Source: Lingula anatina (lineage: Eukaryota > Animalia > Brachiopoda). From it: a stretch of DNA of 64,000 nt. The notes under the pieces were generated by a model that searched no databases, was not told the DNA's origin, and worked only from the letters and a program-made list of their open reading frames with translations. Shown here in pieces: positions 51,625 through 64,000 of the stretch. The stretch lies in NCBI GenBank assembly GCA_051362555.1, contig CM120646.1, positions 21,266,001 through 21,330,000 of the forward strand, read 5' to 3'. The translations under genes and the position numbers were made by a program. Position 1 is the first letter of the stretch. Every line of letters begins with the position of its first letter.

Positions 51625-52430
51625 GGAAATGTTACCTGCGTCATTCTGAAAATATAACTAGAGATTCCGAAAGAGTAAAAGGTAATTAGGTGGAAATAAG
51701 AATAATTAAGATGATTTGTTTTGATGTTATTTTCGAAATGTCCTAGTTAATGTGGTGGGATTGTATGATAAAACATGCAATTTGCTTCTTAGGACTGGGT
51801 TTGGATATACCCCTGGCTTGTCACATGTGTGTCAAATGGTCACTGACACACTGCCAAAATCATGCACAACAGAGCGAAATAGACCCACAGGAAAATGAGA
51901 CCAAGTACGAAATAATATTCCCGAACACATCCTTTGTTCATTACAAAAATCAGTTGAAAAAGACAATGACACTAAGAATAAAGTAAATTTTCTTCAGTCT
52001 ACGGCTTAACATTGAATAGTTTTACCTCCAATATTTCGATGTCTAACAGCACATCTTCATCGGGGAATGAGGCTATCTAGGGGAATAGCCTCTATTCAGG
52101 AGATATACTTGATTAAAGAAAAAATAATCATTCTTACAACATAACACAGCTGATGAAATTCTTCTTTGACAATGACTCTATTTAAAACATCAAATACGTC
52201 ATTCGGGAATGTTGCCTGCGTCAATCTGAAATGTTAAATAGATATTCTTAAAGAGTATGGCGTATTAAAAAAGAAATTAGGTGGTAACAAGAACAATAAT
52301 GATGATTTGTTTTGATGTTTGATCCAAAATGTCGTAGTTACTGAGACATGTTTATATAATAAAGACATGGGACTTCTTAAAATACTGTTTAATTATATCC
52401 ACGTTGTGCAACCTGAGTTAAATGGTCATC
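51625..52430. repeat. Old diverged direct duplication (about 51625-51845 vs about 52205-52430)
   Basis: Shared aatgtt.cctgcgtca.tctgaaa...aattaggtgg.aa.aagaa.aat.a.gatgatttgttttgatgtt...aaatgtc.tagtta. Confidence 0.7.
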
Positions 52431-52510
52431 AACCAAATGAAGTCGTGGCTTCGCATTAAGCACGCTTATTTAAAAACCTCACGTTAAATGAAAAGAATTA
52501 CGATGGTGGT

Positions 52511-52725
52511 TTTAAACATTTCACGACTTTCGAATTTTAGTATCGTTCATAGTACAACTTAATTTAGAGGTATAAAAAGGCGAAATACTACACGAGCTTC
52601 TCAATGAAACAGGTTTAACATTTAAACATTTCACGACTTTCGAATTTTAGTATCATTCATAGTACAACTTAATTTAAAGGTATAAAAAGGCGAAATACTA
52701 CACGAGCTTTTCAATGAAACAAGTT
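52511..52725. repeat. Recent 110-bp tandem duplication
   Basis: tttaaacatttcacgactttcgaattttagtatc... starts at both 52511 and 52621 with few mismatches. Confidence 0.9.
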
Positions 52726-55700
52726 TTGGTTGCACTTTCCAAACTTTTTCAAAGCATATTTGATAACTCCTCCACTGGCCTATCTATCAGTTGATCACTA
52801 AAACAGTGAGTATTAAAAAATGGCATAGGCAGTTAACGGTTCAGAAGAAAGCAATGGCTGCTATTCAACAAATGCGTAAGAACACCCCTTACTACCACCG
52901 TATATTGGCAATTGGAAAATCTTTTTAACGTGGTTTAACAGGGACGTTTTGTGTTCATTATAAAATCATTGCATGAATCCACGACCGAGTTTCGAAGTCA
53001 CGGATGGTGTTAAATTAGACAGCTTCTGTTCTAAGGCAGAGGAAAGCATTTATGACATCTGGATACGGTTTGGAAGAGCCGGAAACCTGTTCAATCAAGA
53101 TCATGCCTACTCCAACGTTGGTGTCACGTTTTCAGTGACATTCTCTTTGCAGATGACTGCACAGCTGCTGTTCACGCACGGAAAGATATCAAATTACATA
53201 CAGATGCTATTGCGTCATTCTCTGAGTACTTTGGTGTGTACAATATGACAGAGACAATGGTTCTTTTTCAAGCGACCCCAGCTGCACTGCTAGCCCCTTT
53301 ATTATCTTTCAACCATTGTCATCTGTGACAGATTAAGAAACCAAAGTATCTGAAATGTGCGCTTAATGGCAATGCCAAATCTGGAAAAAAAACCCAACCC
53401 ATGAAGTTAAGAATATCCCTGCAGCTTTAGTAAAACTGTCTGGAAATCTTATCTTATATGTCAATAGAAAAACGTTTCTAAATCAGCAAAAGCCACTGTC
53501 TAAATAATAATAATAATAATGATAATAATAATAATAATAATAACAGGTACCAAGTGACAATACTGTCAGTTCTACACTAGAAATACAAAGATGGAAGTTT
53601 TAGTGATATCACATCTTGGGAATTTCCGTCTCAGATGGTGTTGGACAGCTTTTAGTCTAAAGCGACAAGATGTCATTCTAATGCAAAAAAACGACAGAAA
53701 ATAATAATGGGTGGGATTGCATTGTGCAAACGCAACTGAGATGAGTTGTCAAAATACTTCTGTCACATCGAGTGGTATGCTGAACTGTTTCAGTCGGAAC
53801 AGGCTCATTTCGAGAGAGTCACAATTTCATAGCATGGTTTTATTTTATGTGTATAAAGTCTATGCCAGTTGAGAGGTGATTCAAAGGATTTTCTTGAATC
53901 AAATAATGGCCAAATCACACGCAGGCACGTTTTCATAGAAGCTTATTCACGGGTTGAGTTTAAGAATTTTAGATTACAGTTAAACAATGATACTGGTAAA
54001 GTAAATACTAGTATATAAATCACCTTCATAGGCCTAGATAAGAAATTATCAGCACTGGTGAATTCTATATTTATGACCATAACGATTTATTGATGTTTTT
54101 CCTAATAAACAAGACATGCTTCTCGGATCATTCATCTTCTAGATCACGAGAGTGTACACGTACCAGCAAACACTATTAACACTTTTTTTTTTATCTTTTG
54201 TGACTTCACGCAAACACGGCGACCGCCAGCGTCAAATTTGTTAATTCTTATTATTCCTGCATCGCATGAAGTCCTTGAGATAGTCACTGTCCCACAAAAT
54301 ACGTGAAAACTGAAGTGCGATCATTTTATGCTTCTGTAAGGATTAATAAGAAGCGATTAATTTGATGTTGCACAATTTTCCAGTTGTGCGAATATTTAAT
54401 CTGTTCTATTAACTCAGTGGCAAATGGTCACGCTAACCTAATCAAGCTTTTGATTGTTCTACGCATGCGTGGTCTGCTCATGTCAGCGGCCAACTTTACT
54501 CAGGAGAAGAACTAGTCTGTTCCAGATTATATACCGCAATGTGATTTATAACCTCTCTCTCCCTATCTCTATCTTGCTATCTGCAAAATTTAACATCTCA
54601 ATCCATACAATGTTACTTAGGACCGGTCAATCTTTAGCTCAACCAACTAAATGGCGCAATATTATTGGTAAGGCAATGAAACAAAAACGTTATGCAAAGT
54701 TATGAAAGTAGAAAAAATTGAAACACCAAGCATTTGTTTTTCAATTCTAAAGAGTTTCACTTTTTTGTAAGTTTTTTAAATTTTACTTCCAAAGTCGAGG
54801 ATAAAAAAGAATCGTTATAAAGGGATTTTTATCTTATTGATACTTGGCAACATGCAAACATTTGTCTTTTCATATTTCGGTTTTGTCAAATTTACCTGGC
54901 ACATTTTTCATTTGTTCAGTCAAATGCCTCATACATATATATATAGAGTCTACAAATAGCAGTGAAATCCTTACTAGAATGTCACTTCACCATGGAATAG
55001 ATATATGATTCTTATTTTGATCTTTTTTACCCCATTTCAAGGCAAAATGATAAAGCTTATTTCAGTTACATTTAAAAGTTTAAAAAAATTTTAAAACACA
55101 TAAAACATATTTTTAATAACACATCAATTTGCTGTTTATCATAACCAAGCTATTGATCACAAAGGGCATCTTGCAACCCACAGAAACACGTAGACTACAG
55201 TTCATGTAGTATGGTCGTGTGATATTGATACCACATTAACGTCTTACAGCTGAAGTATCAGTTAACACAGCTTTCAACGTGGCAATATTAACCCATGTAA
55301 AGTTGCCAAAACGTCCGTCCAAATCTCTACTCTCACACAGGCCTCAAATGTTCGCCGTTGACAAATGAGCTCACCTATACTTCCACTGTATGTTTCTAAG
55401 GTTAAATGAAGATCGAATGGCATAATTATTCTCATTAATCTCTATCAGCACTGAGTTCCGATAAAATCTGTCATTTCCAATGGCACTTCAAATGAATGTA
55501 GAGTACTTTTGATCGGCTTCGTGATATAAAATGGTAAAGTCATTCCGAAAAGAAAAAATGTCCATTCGGGTTGAATTCCGCTCATTCAAATTGGCCCAAA
55601 AGGCACATATATAGTGCTCACATTCATATCCAAATGGTGAAGGTATTTCTATAATTAAAAAAATTCAGATATCCATGAACTTCCTTAACACAAAACGCTT

Positions 55701-58395
55701 GATAAGCCACTTACAAAATACCCACATCCATATCCCCCAGGTGAGTCAAAACCGTGAAGTTGTGATAGGCAAACGCGCTCCCAATCACCCGCACCTGAAC
55801 GTTAAATCGCGTGGAAATGACATTTTGTTTTCGACACCTTAACCAGTCGACCGTCGTTTTCTTTTCTATGAATTTTCAGGTCGTTATATTTAAATTCCGA
55901 TAACGTTAAGCCTTACCAGAAGTCTAAATTATTCTCACCATCGAGAAAGTAGAAATCAAATGTTTGGATCTCTACATCAAGGACTTTGATAATTACATGA
56001 ACAAATGTTCCCTATTTCCCATTAGACTTTCTATTGTACGACGATTATTTATCGTGTATATGTCAAGTATGCATATCCACTGGTAAACAAACTAATAAAA
56101 AAAAAGCCAAAAACGATGAACTAACGTTAACCGGAAATACACATTTTGCAACTGGTTCCAAGTACTGAGATTCGTTTCCAATCATCTTGGGTTATTTTGC
56201 AATCTCCTACACGATATTTCCAAAAATATGGTGAAGAGATAGAAAAGGAAGGCGGTGAAATGAAGGCCTGCTATATACACGTCGATGTAGCGGTGTTTTT
56301 AGTTTAGTAAAATGGCTAACGTACTGTAACATGACGAACGGTTATTTGCAGATTTGAATAAGAATACAATGTATCCTCAAAATACTTGTTTTTCTCTGTA
56401 AGACTTGAGAAGATATTGCATGCATATTATTATTATCTATAAACTGCACATAAATACCATCCTTGAGCTTCGTATGAAGCACGTGTGAAGAATAAGAATA
56501 ATAGAACTGAAATCAGAAGCAAAATATTTCCGTTTATACAGAGTCAACAGGTTCAAAGTATGATTTACGACAGCTTTGCCAGTTATCTGGATGGCAAGTA
56601 AGCCAACTCCGCGTGCATCTCCAGTGTTCACGAGAAGGCTGAAAACACTAAAAACATCTAAAAACGCGATTCTAACGTGTCAATCAGCTAATGGCGTTAT
56701 CGTCAAAAGTCATCTCCCAAATTCTCTTATTCCAAAACGCCAAGCAATTCCATCGTGTTATCTGAACAATAGAAAGGGTTTTCATCAAAGGAGAGATTTG
56801 AACGAACCTTCTTAATTAAGTTTTCACATTAATTATGTATCAAAAAACGGTTGCTTATTCAAGATTTATCTTTGATCTAAGTGCCTTGACTATCGAGAAT
56901 GGAATCACACAGACAAATACATGTCCTTCTTTGTATTTTGTATCGATCGCACAGACCCAATTAATAAGATATTAACAGCAACAATTTACAAAAGACCACC
57001 TGAAACCTTACAGTAAACCCCTCTTCTTGGTCAATGATTTATTTCAATGTTTTCTTTCTTCGAATCATTGATTATTATTATTATTTTATTTTTTTGCTTA
57101 CAGACGGAGATTATTGTCTCCGATTCTTCCCCCAGCCACCCTTTACATCAAACCCACCCATCCATCACAATGGCGCCGAAAAACTGAAAAAAAATTCATA
57201 TGAGAAGTTTGTATTGAAGGCGTATGAAACAGTAGAGTTGCCTTTTTTCTTGCTATCGCTACACCTTCCCACGCCAAATGTTTGTAAACCAGTAGTTACG
57301 GAATAATTCTCCCCAGGAGCCTTGAAGAATACGCACCTAAGTCCAACGTCTAGTTAAGTCGTTATTGTGCTAATGGCGCTATCAATTACTGGTAGCTAAT
57401 TAAGACGTTGATAAACCACACGGCCTTAGGTTAAAATGTGTTTGACTTCGTACTTGTATCGTCCCTTGTGTAGAGATAGTAGTGCTACACAGTTTAACGT
57501 TAAGCAGGGGCGGTTTAGGAACCTCACTTGGTGCTAATAACTAGTTTATGTCGAGGACACCCCTCAAATAATCAATTCTAGGAGAAAGATGGGGGGGGGG
57601 GGGAGAGTGGTGCATTAACGATCATTTAAAGCTACAGCATGTTAAGATACATATTAATGTAGCTTCCCAGTTTCACTAAGGTTGAAATAAAAGCTAAAAC
57701 GTGTTATTCAAGGGTGCAGAAATTGGTGGTGAATACTGCCATGACACGTTGGTCGTTAAGATTAACCATGGTGGTCCAAAAGGTCTGGCCGGAAAAAAAA
57801 ACGCTTAGAAATGAACATGCAATTCCATTTTTGCGAGTGTAAAATATTCGTAGTGTTATAAATCCCAAATGTCCCAAAGTAATTACTTCTGGGTCTGCTT
57901 CATATTCCTTGCACACCATGCCATGATTTGAAGATTTAGACTGGAATTTTTCTCCTATCAGTGTCGTGAGTTGACCAGCCAATAGGAGCACTCAAGTTGG
58001 GGCCTAGTCTCTGGTGACTTGGACCGTTACTACCATGGAAAAGCTAGGAGAGCGTGAAAACGTACTGCTCAGCAATCGAGTCAATCCCTTCGAAAATGTC
58101 AGCTTGGGTTAAACAAGGTCAAATTAACCTTATAACCGGCAAAATAGCCCCTCCTATTATTAATAAGGTATTAATCCTTCCGAAAGGAACAACTTACGAA
58201 AAATTGGCACTTTAAGTGTGGTTAGCAGTCTTCAACATTTATTATTGTAGACCTTTTAAAGCCCAAATCTGTAAACAGACACTACACTCGCAATTATGGA
58301 TATTGAGGGACAACTTATAGACTATGGCTGGATACGCCACAGGACCACCAGGGACATTGGCCCATTCACAATCAGTTGACAGACTGTTGGGCAGA

Positions 58396-58573
58396 CTAAC
58401 TAGTCTGCGGATCAAATATGGCGCACACTTGAAAGCAAGCTGCATAATTCCCTCACAATAATGTAACGTATTCCCTGCCTCCCACGCGCGCCGTCCCAGC
58501 AGGGGCAATGGTAATATATATCAGCACATGCTTTCAAGTGGGTCGCGCCATATTTGAACTTTGGACTAGCTAG
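58396..58573. mobile_element. Degenerate inverted-repeat element (MITE-like), about 180 bp
   Basis: ctaactagtc..tcaaatatggcgcacacttgaaagcaagctg pairs with cagcacatgctttcaagtgggtcgcgccatatttga..gactagctag. Confidence 0.55.
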
Positions 58574-61500
58574 GAGGCGGATCAACTGGTGGTTAATGCT
58601 CCCATTGACACTCACCATACAAGTCCAGGTAAATGTTTCGAATTACAGCAGGCTTTATATTCCATCATGAAGGAAAATTGGTTTGTTGACTAGATTTCCA
58701 TGACATGAAAAGAATATTTTTAGATGTTAGATAGAGATGAGAACACAAAAAAGTGAGAAAAAAAAACCGAAATCACCATTTTAGGCGAAAACAAGGTGAC
58801 CCCACCCCCTTTCATGTGTGCCAAGAAATACCGGGCGCCTCGCCATGGTTGAGAGACACAAAGCTGAACAACAACCAAAGCACCCAATGATTCATTTCAC
58901 TATCTACACAAATATGTTAGTTATCAGTTGTACTCTGTTGACTCCAAAATAATGATATCTGCGCATCGCTATTCGAAGAAAATGGCAAAACTATGATTGG
59001 TTTCACGTGAGTAGATCTTGGCTAAAAATGCAAAGACGGAAACAACTCAAACAATAAGCAAAAACAATTAAAAGAAAGAAGCACAGTTATCAAAACCATC
59101 ATCAGATATAGTGATGAAGATATGGTACATACACATAATATATTATTCCATTTCCTCAGTATTTTAATAATCTTAAAACGTGGCTGAAGTCATTCATTCT
59201 TCTAGGAAAAATACACAGAAGAGAATGAAACAGAATAGAATTTTAGCAACCCATTAAGAAAGCCTAACAACCGGAATCAGTGCGGTCTAAAGCACTGTTT
59301 GCAAAATAAATTAGTAAATAAATTAGTTATCGATCATACAGTTGGTCTTTTCTTTGCTTGCAAGGATTTTTATAATTCGTCCAAGAGTCATCAGACCTAT
59401 TTCATTTCATTGAAAATGATAAGGCACAAATTTCATTGTCAAGCATGTCGCCGAAACCCTCTGGTTGAAAAGTATCGTCTGATGGGTAAAAGAATATATA
59501 AATATACAGAATGGTTAAAACGTGTAAGTTTCATTTACATTGGGAGGTCGGGACTGAATATCTAATTAAAAGATATCAAATATGAGTACCCACCCTGACT
59601 CTCCTCTTTACCATCTCATTTATCTGCGGAACGTTAAAAAGGTTTTTGACGTCAACACCAAGAAAATTCTTACTCCACGTTTTGATAAGACTTCCCGTTT
59701 TCATCTTTTGAGATAGATCAAAGGTACGATAGGGGAAATATACTAGAAGCGATCCGAAACTAGCACGCATTGTATAAACAAAATCAAAGAGAAAGATGAA
59801 CACAAACTAGCTCTAATTTCTACGCCGTTGTGTTAGCTTGCATTCGGAGAAATTGCGGTGATTTGCATGTTAATTGTATTTCTTCCGAAGTAGGAGCATA
59901 AGAAAGCATTCTGAATCATCTCAAAAGGCTAGAGTTTAATTGTGGCAACCTTTCGTCAAATTAGAGGTAATATTTGTTCTCACAATAACATAAGTTAATG
60001 ATTATGAAAAATGTATCGTGTCTCTGATTGCCAGGATGGTGATCTGTTGGCCGTATGCAGATTGTTTCATTCAGATCATGATTTTCTGCAGTCATTATTG
60101 CCATGAAAAATAGTTGTGTTAATTCGAAGTGAAAACTTCCGATGTGCTACGGCCAATTGTATTCTGAATATCATATAAAGACAGTATTATCCTGTGCACA
60201 TTTGTTGATATGTATTTTTCATCACAGTGACGTCATGTATACTGCCCTCTTTACCAGCCTTCACGTTGTTTATTTAGGTACCAGACTTCAATCCATTTTC
60301 CTTTGATTATTCTTTGATAACTAAGATTCATTTTTAATTTATTTATTTCACAAATTGGAAAGTTTTTGCCTTCGTTTCTGGTGCCATACGCAATATAGGG
60401 GTAAGTCCCTTAAATTATGCCCTTCGAAGTTACCACGGCGCTTCCTACGTCGTACATTTCTTTTTTTTTTTTTTTTTTTTGTTCTCCGATATTTCCGGGT
60501 GCCAGGTAGGCCTATTTTGTTAGACCCTTCTTATGTTTCTTTGTCTGATAACAGATCTTTATGTTGCGCACGTCAAATATCGACTTACTATATTTCTTAT
60601 GTAAGAGTCCAAAATACCCCATATCTGTTCTGTGACAAACGCACTGCGCGTCAGTGTTTGATATTATCGTACACTGTATCTTAATCTTTTGGTCAATTTT
60701 TACCCACGTAAAAGATCGGTTTACTTTTCATGCATTTGTAACGTACGAGTCCGAATATGGTCGACGTGTCAGTTATTGTATACATGTACAGGTATGTTAT
60801 TCAAGAGTGCGAAAGACGGGTAGATATATAATTCACCTTCACGACTAGTGTTGTATCTGACTTTTGCACCGCTGTTCTTTCATGTTCAGACATACATGTA
60901 GGCGGGAAGCACGTTGGCGTCTTTTCTTCTCGCCATCCTCCAAGGTAAAACGAAATACTTTGTAAAAGTGGACTGATAGCTTTGGTATCTCTAAAATAAA
61001 AAAGCTGCACCTTAGTCTTGTTACCGTGTTTCTTTCACAAGGGACCGCATTCATATAGGGTATTATTTCCGATCAAATCTTCCAAGACAAAGGAACTATT
61101 GTGATGACATCCATACTTATTGCATGTCTTGCAAAAAAAGATATAATCGTGACTGAAATCTTATAGCTGCGAGCCAAGAATGACAAAGGAATTGACTCGT
61201 GGCAAAACTCGTGAATCAGCCATCTGAATCTTATTAGACCGGTGAACAATCGGTTTATTGGCTCCATTGATCTCATCATAGGCGGAGACAACGAAGAGAG
61301 AAAGCAACAATTTGTTCTCTAATAGTACGCAAATATCAGGCGTTCGAAAACAATCCTTATTGACTGAAAACAAATTAGAAAGTCCTTAATGGTTGAGTAA
61401 GTTCAATTTTACGTGATCAACCAGCATCATGTCCAAATAATTTTTTCTGGTATAAACTTGTAGTCCTTACCTCGAAACACGCGTTACATTTCCTTACATT

Positions 61501-62559
61501 GACTTCGCTCTTGAGAGCATCTGTGCGTAACGTAAAACATCACTAAGTATTCAAATTAGAGAAACAGGGTGTCGTAGAGCGAGCCTATTTGCAACATCCT
61601 CCCTTAGTGAAAATACACTATAAATCTGAACCGATTTTAAAATTCACTCCATTTACAATAATAGACATTTGGAAGGAACAGTAATTGGAATCAACCACAG
61701 ATCGAAACAACATAACAGGTTTGTAAACGACGATGTGTCCGTGTTGGACGACTGAGAACGCGATCTACTCTGGTGGAATAGGAAAGAGCTGTTCAGCATT
61801 TTTGACCTGTCTATCCCAACGACTATGTCAGCTCTAAAGCTCTTTGTACATATTTGCCCAATTATTCATTTTTCTCAAATTCTTGAAATAACTAAACTGA
61901 CCCCACTCCCACACACACAAACACACACGCGCGCGCGCGCGCGCGCGCGCGCACCGGAGTCGTAATTTGGTCATGGGATCGTGTTCAATTATTCGGCGAA
62001 ATGGTAAAAATACTTCACCCAGCCACATAGGTCCGTCTCACTCAAACTTAAAACTGTTCTTCCTAGTAACATAACTTTTCGGAATATGCAGGGCTTAAGA
62101 CGCTTCAGATTAGACCACTCACACCAGTAAACGCATACCCCGGTGCAATGCTCTGTCTTGTTGAAGTGTTAGAGACATGGCCACTTACATACATTCATGC
62201 TCTCCTGGACAAGAAGAATATGTTCCAGCATGAATATCGCGACTTGAATATGGGTGGACAATTTGCTCACATAAAAGTTTGACAACGAAAGGCATTTAAT
62301 TTCTATCAGGGAAATTTTGAGACATCGGCACTTTTCCTTAACGGAATATGAATGTGTATAAACTTTAAAAGGTCGCCTTAAGAGTCTGTTTTGTCGTGTT
62401 TAGTACGATTGTAAAACAATTCTAATTGATTCCAATTGTTTCTATAAAATGGCATATAATGAATAACATTACACATTCGGTGTCATTATTGCTTGTGTCA
62501 TTCTGACAGGATTATGTAGAATACCTTGCTTGACATGGTAACAACAGAGACGGTCGAGA

Positions 62560-62591
62560 GTGAGAGAGAGAAATTATACGAAATAGACGAC

Positions 62592-62635
<44 letters not shown>

Positions 62636-62696
62636 AATACGAAATAGACGACTATGAGAGAGAGAGAGAGAGAGAGAATTAATACGAAATAGACGA

Positions 62697-62737
<41 letters not shown>
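62560..62737. repeat. Composite minisatellite: (GA)n alternating with an ATTAATACGAAATAGACGACTAT core, 3 units
   Basis: Directly visible. Confidence 0.88.
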
Positions 62738-62739
<2 letters not shown>

Positions 62740-64000
62740 AGAGTCATTGGGTTACCATATCACACGAACTAAGAACTAATATAAAAATGTATACAATGCA
62801 AATGAGATTGAATGCAAATAGGGAACACGGAGTTATCCTGGTGTGTTTCCTTGATTAACTCCTAGGACCCAGTCGGGTGGATGAGAAATACGAAGTCAAT
62901 TGCCTGACCAACCGTGCTCGGCCAAAGTGAATAGAAAACAATACATTTGTCCGCTCATGCATGTCGCTTGATTGTCACTAAAAATACTACATTTACATAT
63001 GGAAAACAAGTTGTTTTGTGAACATTCACTGTGCTGAAACTCCCACTTGGGGGAGTCCCTATTAAAGACAAACGTGGGCCAAATCGTCTACATCTTTTTC
63101 AATCGAATAAAACCATCAATTCAAAAAGCCTTTTTTTAGTGAACCAAAAAAAGACAAATATTTTTCAAACAAACAAAGAAGAGGCCTGATATAAAACGTA
63201 TAAATGACACATGCACCTAGTAACTACATACATTTGCTTTCTTCGTCCAAAACGTGCCCATGAAATATTTTGCAGGTGCTGAGCTATTTTGCAGGTGCAT
63301 GTAAGTCCCCGATTTTAGTGTGCATCGAAATGTTCATCAATTCCGGCCATAAGTAATCTCAGCTTTTATTGCCACATTTGGGACGAAGAAAGGCAAAATA
63401 TAGTTGCATATATTAAGTTATTACTTTGTGTAAAAGGAGACAAAATGCCAGGATTAATATTCTCCTGAATAAGCCTCGTTCTTGGAAATTCAACCCCCTT
63501 GAGTTATACATATACCTACTGTTTGCCCGTCATTGCCAGCTAATTACCACTCCCATCTTTAACTCAACGAAAGACCTGTTTTGTCAATTATGAGTTCCGA
63601 CAATCATACAAAGTGCGCTCTAAACCCAATGACATTCTGTATGCTATTTTCCCTTCTTGATGATAATTTAAGCTTCATTCATTTATTCATTGTACGATTC
63701 AGTCAATTCTTTGTATATTCAATTGTCTGTTGTAGCATGTATCTACAGTTTATCTATTACAAATCAGTCGATTTATCCCACAATTGGTTGGATGTAATGA
63801 CAGCGAGAGTGAATCCAACGGCCTATCGAGGTATTGGAAGTGGAAGCACGGTATCTCGTGCTTCAGTCACACTGCATTCTCTTGACTCTGCACTGATGGA
63901 ACTGTGACCGGAAAACCAGACGATTGTTATCGTTGGCTTTCATCCTGTGATTCAAGTAAACAGATTTTCTATTGATATGGCGTCTTTCATTGCAATGACA

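Noticed and set aside
58655-58718. Hairpin containing TGACTAGA (miR-279/996 seed)
   Set aside because: The terminal loop is only about 4 nt, the putative mature 5' end falls in the loop, the stem has large bulges, and similarity stops shortly after the seed.

Overview
AT-rich eukaryotic (animal) genomic DNA with short GT-AG introns, most consistent with an invertebrate bilaterian, probably a lophotrochozoan (inference). Three genes can be reconstructed by hand. (1) The last two coding exons and 3'UTR of a CACHD1-like single-pass membrane protein (+, 852-1484). (2) A complete 22-coding-exon FYCO1 orthologue (-, 4631-20307, about 1907 aa; RUN, very long coiled coil, FYVE, LIR, GOLD), lying tail-to-tail with gene 1. 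(3) A two-coding-exon neuropeptide precursor (-, 29872-30780, 124 aa) predicted to release five G(P)xWRYamide peptides plus AMLRWamide and VFHFamide; this is the best candidate for an undescribed signalling system. From about 31 kb to 64 kb I found no credible coding exons. The non-coding DNA carries several MITE families (two near-identical 546-bp Harbinger-type copies, and nested CAGGGGCGG elements with 5-bp target duplications), Helentron-type HINE elements, composite minisatellites and many microsatellites. CpG density switches sharply near the FYCO1 first exon, suggesting mosaic gene-body methylation. All family assignments rest on recalled motifs, not on database searches.
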